Source of the DNA: Lama guanicoe
Lineage: Eukaryota
Length of the DNA: 64,000 bases
NCBI GenBank assembly: GCA_013239625.1
Contig: MU053376.1
Coordinates: 1,202,833-1,266,832 of the forward strand
Reading direction: 5' to 3'
In this document: positions 23,489 to 37,560 of the stretch, piece after piece
Numbering within the stretch: the stretch's first letter is position 1
How the letters are laid out: every line of letters starts with the position of its first letter
Notes under the pieces: generated by a model
Seen by the model: the letters and a program-made list of their open reading frames with translations, nothing else
Databases searched by the model: none
What the model was told of the DNA's origin: nothing
Position numbers and translations under genes: made by a program

Positions 23489-26040
23489 GAGGAAAGATTT
23501 TTGTGAGGGGAAGAAAATTCACTTTGCCCTTCTGAAGGAAAAGAGCATTTCTGCCATGGCCTTTGTGGGACACACAAGATCTTCCCCTGGGAACGGGGGG
23601 AGGGCTCCTACCAGGGAGGCCACCATATTTGTACGCCTCTGAGGGAAGTAACATGGCGGAGTCTGAGCTGCTGGGCGGCTGTTTTCAGTCTATCATTGTC
23701 CCTTCAAACCAGCTATAAGCCTCACGCATCCCTGACTGTCAAGATAGGGCAGGAGGGTTTCTCCTTCTGCATCCAAAGAAGCACCTGGGGAAGGGAAGGC
23801 CAGGCCTGTGCTAAAAGTCTTTAAAATCAGGGGAGCCACCAGGAGCAGAAAAAGTTGTTGTTAATCCACCCTCGGCTTCAGCCTAGGGGGAGGCATTCTG
23901 ACTGACCTGGAGCAGGTGGGTGCTGCGGCACACTTGGCAGAGCTCTTAATGGAGGGGGTTTTAACTGAGCTCCTCAAGTCAAAAATATTTGGGCAGTTAC
24001 AAAAGAGGTTAGATCATTCAAGCAATGTCTACCCAGTGCCAAAACAACGAGCGGGGATGAGAAAAATTGAATCCACTCATTGCTGGGATGACCTAATGCT
24101 CAGCCTTAATCTGGAACGGCCCCACCGCCTCCACCGCCACCCTACCCCGGGACTAGATGTTTCTGTGAAATACCCAAGGCTGGATGGCCACAAGACCCAA
24201 TGAGTTCCATGTCAACCACTCCATTTTAATGGCACCAGGATCTGCGAGGCTCGTCCAATGAGCAAACTCAAGTGTCAATTCAGACCTGGCCTCGAGAAGC
24301 AGGTTTTCTACCTGCTCTAACCACTGGCCACTGACATCACAGAATTGCGTTACAAGAGGAGGACTGAACCAGAGCTTCCACCTCTGACCTGATTTCCTTA
24401 GTTGGCTAGCAGCAGGTGGACAGTCTAAAGCAACGGCAAAGCTTATGAAACAAAGGACCAGTTTTCTCTGAGCCCTAGCATAAATGCACCTCTGTGGAGG
24501 GCTGCATGCTGGGAACCAGGATGGCTTGGCTCGAGACCACAACAGCTTGGTTATGCAGCTTTGACCTGCAGCCCTGGGCAGTCGTGAGCAGTAAGCGTAC
24601 CAGCTTTCCTCTCTGGAATCTTCTAGTCTGACACTGCATTTCATCAGAGGGCTGGTCTAGCCCCTTCAGGTCCTATCTAGGGCAGGGAACAGAGGCAGCC
24701 CCAGGTCTGGATCAAGATTCTGAGCACATCCCACAACGAGAAAGGGTCTGGGGTAGCCACTTGTCCTGAGGTACCCCCATGCTAACTGTTCTGCTCAAGG
24801 GCCAGTGGGGTCTGCCCCTAAACCCTGCTGCCCTTTCCAAATGAGGCCAGCAGGGCCCGACTCTTGGGGATGCTCTTTGGGCCTGTGCCACCTCCAGACA
24901 TTACAGGGGACTTTTCAGAGGGCCACAGGCATGTATCTTTTTATATATACTTTTGGTTGAACGCTTAACTTGAACTATATGAAATTGCCAATTTTTGTAG
25001 ATCAGATGTTGTCAAGAATGTCATGCGTTCATCCTCATAGTAGGAATTATGAAAAGAGTAGACTTTGTGGTAGAAAGAACACATTTATGACTGCCCGACC
25101 TGGGTTCAACGCTCAGTTCTATCACTTTTCTGTCACGGGATGTGCAACATACACAAATTCCTGCCACGTGCCTAGTACTGTTGTAGGAGCTGGACACACA
25201 GTGGTGATGAAGACAGACGGACCTCGCTCTTCATGGTACATTCTAATGGATGTTTATCTTTTGGGGCAGCTTCCCAGCTATGTTGGGCCAGTCACTGGGC
25301 CTCTCTGAACTTCAGCTAAGTGTTATGAAGGTTAAATGAGACCATGCGTATTAGGCCACAAATGCATTGATGTCCTTCAATAAATGATACTTCCTGTTAT
25401 TTTACTGCGGCTCATACAGGGCTCCTAAAAAATATCTACTGAACGAAAGAGCCTTGGAACGCATTGTAGGAATCTTCAAGCCCACCCGCTAAGAGCCCAA
25501 ACTAGACACCCTGCGGGAGAAGGGTGCCCCCGAGGCGCAAGGGCCACTGAAAAGGGAGCCCACCCCAGGACCTGAAAAGGCTAGCTGTGGTCAGCTCCCA
25601 TTAAGTCAGGAAGGCGGCAGCACAGTGGGACTTTGGGGAGGTACAATCTGGTTCATCTTTCTTAACTGATGTGCAATCGTTTAATCCGAAGAAACTATGT
25701 CAGATTTATTGACTGAGGCAAAGCAGAGGTTGAGACCTCAAAGGAGACATGGAAATTACCTGCAAGAACTTCCGGTTTTAGAAATCAAACAGAATTGGCT
25801 CTGGTTAGTGAGAGAATGTGTCTGGACTTCCCACCCCACTGAGTCACTGGCATGCGTGTAAATACAGAGCTACAGATTCTTTTTGCAGCCCAGGGGCCTA
25901 TTTTCCAGGCTCTGTGTGCAAACAGGCCACAGGGCTATTTCACAGGTCACCCTGCCTACCATTTAAGGCTGCACAAGTCGTGCGGGACAAGGCTGGGTAA
26001 GTGCATGGTGGCTACCTAGCAGTACAGCTTCTGATGGTAC

Positions 26041-26163
26041 CTTCACTGTCATCATCGTCCTGAGCTCTGTCCTGGTCTCTGGGTCCGTTCACCACAGGCA
26101 GTGTGCAGGGAGTTGAGACCAACAATTGCACTAACTTTTTCTCATACACTTTTCTGGTGGAAG
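26041..26163 (-). CDS. LEMD1: LEMD1 coding exon 2 (rest of LEM domain), (P)STRKVYEKKLVQLLVSTPCTLPVVNGPRDQDRAQDDDDSE
   Basis: Acceptor ctttcttcctcag|, donor GAAG|gtacc; 123 nt, phase 1-1; completes the LEM motif GPILPSTRKVYEKKL. Confidence 0.95.
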
Positions 26164-26539
26164 CTGAGGAAGAAAGTGGAGGGTAGTTAAGTTGCTGTTT
26201 GTATATGTGAGCTCACTGGATTCAACATAGTTCACAACTTAGCTCTTCATTCTTGCATGTTTCATTATTGCCTAGTTACAGCCTTTACAATAAGGTGGAC
26301 CCCGCAGCTACTCCCCTCATTCCTTTCCTTCCACAAACACTCAAGGTGAGGCCTCTATGGATTAGCCATGGAGGCAGGCCTTGGATGCATCGGAGAACAC
26401 GGCTGACAAAGCCATACATCCTGTCTCTGGGGAATATGGACAATAGGTACATAGATAGTTAATACAGTGCACATACTAGAAATGGGGAAAAACCAAAAAT
26501 CCAGCGTAATATAATCAAGAGTAATTGGTTTTTCAAATG

Positions 26540-26825
26540 TATCATTACCAAAGGGGAAAGGAGGGTGGGATAAATTAGGAGTTTGAGATTTGCAGATACA
26601 AAATTACTATATATAATATAAATAAAAAATAAGATCTTACTATATAGCATAGGGAACTATATTCAGTATAATAACCTATAATGAAAAAGAATATATGTAT
26701 ATAAATGTATATTTTTATACATATATATATAAATATATATGTATATAAATGAATCACTTTACTTTACACCAGAAACTAACACAACATTGTAAATCAACAA
26801 TACTTCAATTCAAAAAAAAAAAAAA
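26540..26825 (+). mobile_element. 5'-truncated L1 3' end with poly(A) tail, in the LEMD1 intron between the two LEM exons
   Basis: ggataaattaggagtttgagatt...tatagcatagggaactatattcag...acaacattgtaaatcaac plus poly(A); TSD-like aagagtaattggttttt / aagattaactagttttt. Confidence 0.8.
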
Positions 26826-27057
26826 GATTAACTAGTTTTTCACCATTGGAAAAAACCAATCCTTTCTGACATCAAAATTACTAGTCTATGAGTAGGATCT
26901 GGGTTATTTATGGTTTCCGGTCGTTTTATTCAATTTCCCTATTTCTATTTTAATGGTTTTTATTGCATATATTCCTTCCATTGTAAATAATTTTAAATCT
27001 TCGGAGGTAGCTTATGAGTAATAATTGACTAGACTCTAACATTTGCTGCATACGTAC

Positions 27058-27139
27058 GTAGTATTGGGCCGGGTGAAAATCCAAGCTTGCCAAGTTCATT
27101 CTGTAATTCAGCGTCACTCAGACACTTCACATCCACCAT
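27058..27139 (-). CDS. LEMD1: LEMD1 first coding exon (start of LEM domain), MVDVKCLSDAELQNELGKLGFSPGPIL; exon begins at 27177 with 38 nt of 5'UTR
   Basis: ATG in ACCACCATGG Kozak context at 27139; acceptor ttgctatttcaag|G at 27177; donor CTAC|gtacgt at 27058; 82 coding nt; peptide matches the LEMD1 N-terminus as I recall it. Confidence 0.95.
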
Positions 27140-28588
27140 GGTGGTAAAAGTTTGGTCTCTTTTCTGACAGTGAAATCCTTGAAATAGCAAAAACAGTAAG
27201 TTCATTAAGACAGACGTATAAAAGAGAACTAAAATTTTCCAGTCCACAAAAGTGTTTACAACCGCAACTCCCCAGACTTGGAGGTACATAAGTAACAAGG
27301 CAAAAACCACCATTTTCTGCTGTTTTTCTCTCATAAATCTCTTTCGGGTTTAGTTGCCTTGACGCAAAGCTCTGGATGGGTGTCACTTCTCCCAGTGTCT
27401 TTGCGGTTCAATTTTTTCTGATTTTTCTACTCAGCTAACGTAAGAGGAATCTTCCGCACCAAATGAACAAATATTTCCATTACTGCTTAGGAACTCTGAG
27501 TGAGACCCAAGCTCTGAGAAGATAAGAAGTTAATTAAATATGAAAGAGCTGAGAGAGATTTTTTAGTGAGTTAAATAAAAGTTATTTATCCCTGCCCTCC
27601 TTTTGATGAGAGCACAGAGAGTAGGGAGCATTCAGTTACTGCAAACAGTAGTCTTTTCACACTTGTAATTTAGCTCTGAACATAACGAGATGGTAGTTTT
27701 TAATTAACCGCCAGCAGACTTTGTAATTGCTGAATTGGCATTTGAAAAAAAGTCAGCTATTCATTCTCTGGCACACAAATTGATTTATATAGATTTACCC
27801 AGTCTTGGTATGGCTTTCCAAATCTGCACAGCCTCAAGTTCAATCAGTTTTATTCTTCTGATGCCTTTATCCCCCCAAACAGACCCCTCCAACCACTTAA
27901 CAAAATCCTGAAAAGACATTAAAAGGTTTGACATGCATCTGTCAAAACTTTTATCAGAAATTTTTAATTTAGGGGTTTATTTACTGTACCTCGTTTCTAT
28001 CATGTTTCCAGTCTTTTTATTTTGCAGTGAAAATGACTGCAAGACAATTACTCAGCATAGGAGGACCTGGACCAATTTTAAGTAATGACTTAGCCTTTAT
28101 TGGTGATCAGGCAATGTCCAATTAGGGAGAACATTGTACGCAAGCCAGAAAAAGCTGCGAACTGTCACGTTTAACAGGGTTGTTCAAGAACGCCTCACTT
28201 ACCAGTTCTCCACCTTGAAGCTATGCTTTGACCAGAATCACATTCTGGTACATAGTAGGTGCTTAGTAAATGTCAGTTTCCTTCTTTTCTATGTGTTTGG
28301 GAAGCTGAGTTGACTCATTCAGGTCACTAGTAAACAACCTAACGTTATGAAGGAAAAGGACAATGCACCTCAAATTTTTGGTTTTTTTAAAACTGGAAGC
28401 TAGCTTAGGCAGATCCTGTGACACTTCTTCTGGAGAACAGCTGTCTGTTGCTCTGCTACCTTCCCCCAAAATAACCTCCAAAAGAGCCCTCATCAGTTTC
28501 AAGTGACACTAGACAATTGCTTAGAGGGAACACACATATGGAAGAAAAATACTCAAATAGAATCCAACTGAGTGATTAATCCACTTAC

Positions 28589-28760
28589 CGGTTTACATGG
28601 TTGTCTAAAGTCTTTGCAGTTGGGTTGGCTACTAAAGCAGGGTGAGTTTCACCCAAGGGCTCCCACCAGCAGCCCATCCCTTTTTGCCTGTTAGATACTA
28701 TGCTAATCATAATACTGACAGTGTGACATCAGTAACCTCCACGGTAACAGACTGATGTGA
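28589..28760 (-). promoter_or_regulatory. LEMD1: Candidate proximal non-coding first exon and promoter of LEMD1
   Basis: Strong donor CCG|gtaagt at 28589, 1.4 kb upstream of the ATG exon; CRE-like TGACATCA at 28724-28731 and an RFX-like half site (ggtaac) nearby; start site not determinable. Confidence 0.5.
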
Positions 28761-29409
28761 AAGTCAGATGATTAATTTAACCTGAGTTCAAACAGAACGC
28801 GGCACTGGTCGACTTCATAGGCACACTGCCATGAGAAAATGTCAAGAGATGCAGAGAAGTTATCATTATGCACAGGAAGTGAGAAGGAGCTGCTACCAAG
28901 CCAAACGGTGCCAAGAAACTGGGACAGTAAAGGAGAAATCGAACAGACTCAAGCGCCTAGGCCATCATCAAAAGACTCACAGTAGTCGATGGGTGATTTG
29001 GCCATAGACTCTAGGGAAAATGGGAAAGTGGAAAGAAACCCATATTAACTTGTTAAGGAACTGCTCATTTAGGAGTAAGAATCAGTATCGCATATACACA
29101 AATAATAGGTTGCAGAATTTGGATGGTTTGGCCTTTTCAAAGCTGCTCCTATCATCTCATTTCATCCTCTGCACACTCCTGTCAGACCTCTGGCACGGAT
29201 TTTACTTTCTATATTGCAGAAGGCTGGTTTTGGTTGTTGTTGCTTTGCTTTGTCTAAGGGAAGTCCTCTCAGACTATTAGCTTGGGGATTTCAAAAAAGA
29301 CTGCGGAGACTTTAAAAACAATTTTGCAAGACAAAATGTAGCTCTGTGAAAACACAATGCCTTAATTAAATACCAGGGCTGGGAGGGAATCATTGGAAGG
29401 GGTTAAAGG

Positions 29410-29630
29410 GACAGCGGAGCCAGCCTGCCTGGAATTAAATCCCAGCTCTGGCTCTCACCAGCTGGGTGACTCTGAGTGGGGTAAGTTACTAACCTCGCTG
29501 TGTCTCGGTTTCTTTGTCTGTAATGGGGATGACAATGGTACCCACCTCAGAGGGCTGTTATGTGGATTCACTGAGTTATGATACACATAAAGGGCTTGGC
29601 ACATAATACTATATAAATATTTTCCATTAT
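29410..29630 (+). mobile_element. MIR SINE
   Basis: aatcccagctctg...ttactaacctcgctgtgtctcggtttctttgtctgtaatgggg. Confidence 0.7.
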
Positions 29631-32559
29631 TCTAACCCTTCATGAGCCCTACCCTCAGAAAATTTCTACATCCAGTCTCTTTCTCAGGCAACTCTGTCTC
29701 ATTTACACTTGCCCATGGGACTCTACCATTTCAACACTTTCCAGATTCTGGGAAAGGGCTGAACATCTTTGCGTGCATGGTCAGGGAGGCTCATTGAGTG
29801 ATCCCAGGCTGTGGTTCCAAGGGCTATGGCTCCAGAGTTTCTGAATAGAGCATCAGTTTCCAAACAAACATGTAATGCAAACATTTGCCAGCATCCAAAC
29901 ATTGGATTCACCAAACAAAGACTCTGAAAATTGACACATTTGTTGCAATCAAAGCAAATAAATGATAGGCTTGGGTTATTAGGATGCACAAGCATTTTAT
30001 TTACATTTCCCAGAATTGCTTTCAACAAAAGAGCAGCCAGCAGGTGGAACCGCTTCCATTTAAACAGACTACTGGGATGAAACAGGCATTCCTAAAATGT
30101 TTTCTTGATCAGACTTCCGAGGCTAAAACACGCTAGGTTGACAAAGGATTCAATTCGATGATCTGATTGGGTTGAGCCCCCTATTAAGTGCAAAACCACT
30201 CTGTCTGAAGTTATTTTCTTGATGATTCCAACAGCATATCCATGATTCTATTCTCAGTGTTATTCTGTTTAAGAATTCCTGTGCTGTGTGGAACCCTGCG
30301 ATACTTGGTTTTGATGTTTACAGCACCCATTTCCCTTGGTTTTATCTGTGAAGTCCTGGTCATTAGCTTGTTTTTTGTTTTATTCTCTCCATGGCTGCAA
30401 AGATATTTTACTCCATTTCTCCAGGGAAACAAGTTTTAATTGCCAATCGACTAGGTATTCAAGATGATAAGGTATCTAAACCCTGAGAGCTTCCTCCTTT
30501 CATTAAAATGTAGATCCAATTTCTTTTCCCTTAGTACCACATGCTGTTATTAAACTGAAATAACGGAAATAGTAAAAGCCAGATGTCACTTCAGTCTCAG
30601 GTTTGACGCAGGGCACAATTTCCTCTCCTCAAGTTTAATCTGCTGTTATTTACTAACCCCATCCTTTGGAAGAATGCACAATTTAAATGGAAATGCAATT
30701 TACATAGGGGAGCAGATAGTAGATTTGCAGTTTCAATTGCCAATAACCATTCGCAAAGAGGGAAATCAACTAAAGCAAAGATCAGCAGCTGTCAGGCGGC
30801 CGTCTGCATAGCTTGCCATTCTCCCACAACTTTCCTCTTGAAGCCACCTGCCTCTGAGCCCCAGCGAGGCAGGTACAAAGAAGAACGGAGGCATTGCTGC
30901 AGATATTTCAAGCTGTACTTACTGTTGACTGGGGGAGAAAGGAGGAAGTTTGGGTTTTAACAAGCTAATCCGGTTGCATCATTGTTGAAATCATTAACTG
31001 ACCAATTTCTTCCAACAAACTTTTATTGATCATCTCCTACGGGACAGATTTTACACTTGGCCTCAACTAGGTAGAGAGAGAAGAGAATACAAAGAGACAA
31101 AAGCTGACAATCCTTCTTTTAAGGAGCTCATTTCTTTAAAGAGAAGAGAAAGGAAATGATGGTAAGAAAATAAACTAAGCCGTTAACTGAGTGCTGCAGG
31201 AGCCCAGAATCAGAAGGTTCAAAGGGTTCAAAGTTCCATTTGGGCTGAGACTTCTAGCCAGGTGGACAGGTTGGGCCAAGTGATGAAGAGTTCTGTGGGC
31301 CACGCTGAGGATTTAACCCATCATCTCTGGAAGTTGGTAAGTGGGACATGGCATGACTAAATTTATGGCTGACACTGGATGGAGGGTGCTGTGTTTATGC
31401 ATTTGATACAATTTAGGCTGGATTCTGAGTGGAGAACGAGGTGGTAGGGCAGAGTCTGGAGGTTACTTGGGGGAGTTATTACAATAGTTCAGGAAAGAGT
31501 TGATTCGGACTTGGACCAGGCCAGTTTGCAGGAGGACTCAAGAGGAAGACACATGACTCAGGAACGATTTAGGAGCTGGAACGGCCCGGACAGGATGTCC
31601 GATCGGAGGGTTCCTCTTTGCCTCACTTGCACAGGCCCCACCTCGGTCTATATCTTTTGTCTCAGCCACAAGCCTGTTTCACAAGGAACCATCTGGAGTC
31701 TGGTCTACACAGTACTGACACTTAAAAAATTACCCTGTACTCGCCTAGTCAACCCTTGATTCTCCACACTACTTGAAGGCAGCAGCAACGCAGATAATCC
31801 ATAACTCTCTTCTATTTGGCTTTGGAATTAATTACACTTTTAAGAGCAAATTTGCCTTCCTAATTAATCTTTCTTCGGCTAATATTAAAATTAACTAATA
31901 TTCTCGGAGCCCATGACAGCTGGGCAAGGGGAAGGGGGAGCAGGGGAGGGGCGGGCAGGGTAGCTGCTCAGACTCAGGCTGAGCAGCAGAAGAAAGCCAC
32001 GCTGCACTAGAATTCCACGTGGATCACCCACGGAGGCCACGGGCTGGGCCTGGCTCATTGAGGGGAGGCTGTCTTGCCTAGAATGCCCACCCTGCTGCTT
32101 CCTGCCTATCCAGACCTGACTTGTTCTGTAGGTCCCACTCTGAATTCCACCTCCTCAGAGCCCTTGGGAGTTTAGTTACTGAGCACCTACTACACACCGG
32201 GCTCACTGCTAGGACAGAAGATGAGCAGATGGATAAAGCAGGGTGTCTGCTTTCAAGGAGCCGCCTGTTTAATGTGGACAACAGAGAAGTGAACAGAGTG
32301 TTTAATCAAATGCAATGAGGGCTCTGGCAGAAGCATCTTCTCCTCAAGAGAATAAGGTATGAACAAGTTGAGTGGGGAAAATAAATAAATAAATAGACTT
32401 GTGTGACAAGAAGAGAAGAAAGTCGCTTAACTGCTATTTTATAAACACAGCAGCAAACACGCTTTCGATACGATGAGTACATATCGTGTCTTCTTTCCGC
32501 ACCCAATTTAGTAAATGCTTCCTATGAGAAGCAAGCCGTGATCTTCTCTAGTGGTTTTT

Positions 32560-32725
32560 TTGTTTTGTTTTGTTTTTTATGGATGTATTTAAAAACTTTT
32601 AAAATTTTGGCAAGGGGAGGTAGGTAACTAGGTTTATTTATTTTTAGAGGAGGTACTGGGGATTGAACCCAGGAACTCATGCATGCTAAGCATGTGCTCT
32701 ACCACTTGAGCTCTACCCTCCCCTC
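32560..32725 (-). mobile_element. tRNA-derived SINE (same family)
   Basis: Reverse complement GGGGAGGGTAGAGCTCAAGTGGTAGAGC...GGTTCAATCCCCAGTACCTCC; TSD-like ctagtggtttt / ctagcagtttt. Confidence 0.8.
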
Positions 32726-35700
32726 AACTAGCAGTTTTCAAGCTATGATACTCCAGCCCAGAGATTTCTTCTGAGCTGCCGTGGAGGGGTTGCGGGCACA
32801 GAGCAGCCCCACTCTAAGGCAGTCAGAACAACTCCACCCCCGCCAGCTTTACAAATTGGGCTCCTTAGAGGATTGCCTTTAAAGGAAGAATTTCACTGCT
32901 GCCCAAAGTTAGGAAGCTACCCATCTACCCTGTTCTCTGTGCTTCTTCTAGAAACCAAAATGGATCAATCCTCTAGTCCTGTTATGAAGACAAACCAATC
33001 CTTAGATGCTGACAAATTATGATCTTGAGGGCTCTCTTCCCGGTATCCTCTAGGTCCTGTATACACAGATTTATTGTGCATAAACCACGTGCAAGAAATC
33101 TTGGATAATCTGTGGACCATAGAAAGAAATCTAAAATGGGGTTTTTGTCCTCAAAGGGATTGCATTCTAAATGGAGAAACAAAACAATAACACATAAGAT
33201 AAAAGGTAAGAGGTCAAAGTTCATAATTAGATACCAACACAAGATCTATAAATGCTGCAGAAATTTAGAAATAGAGACAAAAATCACCACTGGTTAGGGG
33301 TGGGAGGTGTTCAAGGAGAGCTTCCTGGAGGAGGTGGAATTCAGAGTGGGACCTACAGAACAAGTAAGGTCTGGATAGGCACCAAGCAGGAGAATGGACC
33401 TTCTAGGCAAGGACAGACACATCATGAACCAAGGCTCAGAGGAAGAATGGGGACAAGAGCGGTCTAGCCTCAGCAAAAGATGCGCTTTACATAAGTGGAT
33501 GGACTCGGCTGAATCAGAGTCCTAGGATTTCCTGTTAAGGTGTAGGGCTCCAGGTCCCTTCTGCCTCCAGGATCATCCCATTCTGGGGCCCTCTGATGCC
33601 AATAGTGGGTAGCCCCTGGAGGCCTCTGACAGGGTGCTCAGTGATGACAGCAGGGCCGTCAGGAAGACTGACCGGAGAGTGTGGGCAAGATGCACTGCAG
33701 AGGAAGAGATGCAGTAGAGAGGGAGACACAGGGGGCTCCTTCGCCCTATTCTTCCCGTGAAAGGATGACGAACAGTAGTAGAGGGAATGCAGGGAGGCTG
33801 TGGAGTGTCAGTCAGGAACTCAGGACCCACCGGAGGATCCTAGAGGCAAACACAGAGTGGTAAGGTGCAGACTCGGGGGCCAGACCACCTCCATTTATAT
33901 CCTGCACCTGCACTAAACTATAAGCTCTGTCACCCTGGGCTCTGGCTTTCACATCTGTAAAATGGAAATATAATAGTACTTTTCTTCATGGAATGACTGA
34001 GGACTGAGTTAACGCACCTCAAGTGCTAAATACATCATTTTCAATGGTGCCCATGGTAAGAGCTCAAAAGTGTGAGCTGTGAGTAAGAGCCCGTTACTCT
34101 GCCAGGGCACCGCGGTCCTATCCCGGGGTTCTTGGTGGGGAGGGCACACAGGTGTGATGCGGCATCTCCCAGCCTCACTCAGTATCATCGCCCACGTCTC
34201 CCTGTGAACTCGGGGAAAGTGAATGCAGCTTGTTCTCCTTTAAAGACCAATCAGGGATCTGCTTTTCCTCTAAGGGATGTTTGAGAAAGAAAGAACTCAC
34301 TGGAGGAACAGGCTTGCATCGCAGTAAGAGAATGGTGTTCGGCATAAGGAACAACCTGCTAAGCAGCAGCCAAATAATAAGAGATGAGACAAACCAAGAT
34401 GGAGAGACAGCCATCCCTGCCCCGAAGGCCCAAGAGAGGTGAATTCCCGTGGCTTAAAGAAGACTCTGCACTGGCAAGGGTTTGAAGACAGGCACAGAGA
34501 GATAATCAGGGGGGAAGCAAAAGAGGAAAGAACAAGGAGGAGCATAGAATGGAGCCAAGAACAAGGCTAAGAGAGATGAAAACCCTAATGGCCCAAATGT
34601 ACATTTACTGCTCTTGCAGGAGGAGATCCATCAGCCACACACACACACACACAAAATCTACAATTCTATACTCAAAACAACATAACTGTTCTGGAAAATG
34701 CTGCCTGATCCTGGTACTAAGAAGGGTGGCTGTTTCACAGGGATTCTCTGAGTGTGCAAAGCAGTGGGGTGACTGGTGAGGGGTGAGGCTGAAAGACTGG
34801 CCGGGGCCGGTGAGCGAGGGACCTCAGGGCCTGAGAAGCAGGAGCTCTAGGCTTTATCCAGAGGACAGTGGGAGCCACGGAAGGTTTTATGATTTTCTTT
34901 TTTGCTTTCACAGTTTTCAAGCTCAATTTCTTTTAAACCATTTCAAACAGAAGTAAATTACAAACAAATAAAGGTAAAGTACAATGAAATTCACACATAC
35001 CCTCCATTCTGCTTCAACAGTTGCCAACATTTTGCCTGTTACAGAGCAGGGGTAACATGATGATACTTGTGTTTGAGAAATATGTCTCTGGAGGCTACGG
35101 AGACAATGACAGGTGGGCCACAGGGACAGGGTACCATTTGTATTCATTCATTCCTTCAGCAAATATTTCCTGAGTCCCATCACACGCTGGGCACTGTTCT
35201 CAGTGCTGTGGATTTAAGGGTGAATAAAGCCGATAGGGTTCCTGCCCTCTGAGAGCTTATGTCCTTGGAGGAGAAAGCAGACAAGCAGATGAAGTGAATA
35301 AGAAAACTTCAGAGTGTGATAATGAGACAGCTGCGACAGAGAAGGACTTGGGAGGGAGAGGTCTAATTTTTAGAATGGGCGGTCAGGGAAGGTCATGCTT
35401 CTGTACCCGGAACAGCAAGAAAGGGTGGCTGGAGCAGCATGAGTGGGAATGTGGTAAAGATGAGATGGGAGAGCAAGATGACAAGATGGAGATAAGCAGA
35501 TCTGAGGGAGATTTAGGAGAGAGAGCCAACAGGATTTGGTGATGGATCGAATGTGGGGTGGAAGGTGAGGGGTGTCAGCAAGTCTCCCTGGGTTGAACTG
35601 AAGGATGATTTTTGGCTCGAACGTCTAAGTGGATAAGGGGACCCTTCACTGAGTCAAGGAAGAGGAGTAATGGGTAGAGCCCAGCTCCCGGGGTGGCTCC

Positions 35701-37279
35701 CTCACAGCCCTTCAAAGTGAGAGCCTGGCAAAGTGAAGCCACTTCCACCACCGGCCCCAGTTCAGAAACCAGCTACCCATGAAGCTTTTGGATGAGACAG
35801 TGCCTCAGGCAATTCCAAGTAAGCATCACCACCACTCCTAACCCTCCAAAGTCAGACCAGTCCACCTCCACCTCCAACACACAGACAGTGCCGAGGGACA
35901 CTTCTGAGTTCAGCTTAACTTGCTTGGCCAGGGGAGGAGACGAAAGTGATGCCACAGTGATGTAACACAGCCTCGGGACCAGGGGTGGGGGGTGGGGGGG
36001 AGACACTGAACCCACCCAGAGGAACACAGTGTCAGGGGTTATATTTTCATCAGGATAGCAGAGGCCCTCTGAAGCCACGTCAGTGCAATGTCTCATCCCA
36101 TTTGGGGGCTTGACTCATCTCAGTGCCCATTGTCTCAGGCAGATATGAGGGCTGAGATTTAAAGAGAGCAGGATTTTGCTGGGAGGCAATATACAGGCCT
36201 GGAGAGAGGGAAGTCTGGAATTAGAACCCTGTTACACCCACATCCTGTGACTTTTGCCTGGCGCACAGATTTATCAGAAGGGACATAAAAGGTGGCCGAT
36301 GAAGACAGATGAGTGGGGGAGGGGAAGACTCTCAAATGCAACCTAGACCAGAGACCACAGTGGCTGGGGGGCGCTGCGCTTCTGGAAACAACTCCCCCAC
36401 TCTTTCGCCCGATTTTTAGCTATCATCTCTCCTTGCTGCACCTTGCCCTGGAAGGGCATTTTTTTCCAGCTGTCCATTGGGGGAGGGGGCCGGCAGGGAC
36501 ATGCATTCCGGGTCATTGTCTGGGAACGAATCCTGGACAGCAGGAGACAGCGGCTCTCACTCCTCATCCCTGTCATCTGTCACCCAGCGAGGGCGGCCGG
36601 CAGCCAGGTTGCGGACTGCCTAATGAAGACAGAGAGGTGGTTCCGGCTGTGCACAGGTGCCGCTTCCCCATTAACAGAGGTGACATTCCGAAACACTACT
36701 CATTACAGAGCAGACATTGGACAGGGCTGGGACACATATTGATGGCAGGAGAGCCAGCCAGCGTCTGTCTCAAATCCCACTGCCCCTGAGAGGGAGAGTG
36801 AGCGAGCCGAAAAGAAGCGTCACGAGTGTCAAACCCGCAGGCCCTTCACTTTGCAGAGAAAAATGAAACCTAGCCCTGCCTGACGTGTAAGGCTAAGTCA
36901 TTCTCTCCATTGCTTGCGAACCCAAGGGACCTTAGCTTCAGGCTCACCCAAACGTCGACCAGTCCTCCTGGGAAGGACTGTGGTGTGGATGGCTGTGCTG
37001 GGGGGGGGGCGGTTAGTGTTGGGCGGGGTGCTGGTCCTCAAGATGAGACCTGGATCTGGAGCCCAAGAAGTCTGGCTTTAGGGATGGAATGAGCCCAAGA
37101 TGTAGCTAGGAGGGATGGAGGTAGGCTACGGGGAACTTCCAGGCTGAGACTGGGGCAGATGGACAACCAAAGTCGTGGAGTCTCCTTTCCAACGGACGGT
37201 GAGAACAGGAAGGATCTCCATCTTGGCTAGGATGGGATGTGCGGTCCCCTTGAGAAAGCTAGGAGAGCCAGGAATGGCA

Positions 37280-37560
37280 GCTAAAACCGGCGCCGAGGAT
37301 TTCCGCGGCTCCCGAAACTGGGGGCAAAGCAGCACAAGGGACAGGCCGCACCCACGAGCGCACAGCCGCCCGGCCGGGAGTCCCCGCACCGCCAGCCGCT
37401 CCGCGCGCGCGCACTCGGCCCGCCGCGCCCGCCGCCCCCGCCCCCCAGCGGGGCGCCCCCGCCCCCGCCCCGCTCGATTTTAAACCTGCAGCAGACGGAA
37501 CTCGACTTAAAAATAACTATTTTGACAGTTCCGATGTAAATATGTGAGCGATGCGTGGGG
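37280..37560. promoter_or_regulatory. Small CpG island with GC boxes
   Basis: CpG-dense with several CCGCCC motifs (37420-37472), followed by MEF2-like TTAAAAATAA and TGACAG. Confidence 0.65.

Noticed and set aside
27029..27334. 101-aa ORF as a single-exon or N-terminally extended LEMD1
   Set aside because: Only 27139-27058 is supported as coding; the flanks read through intron past clear splice sites
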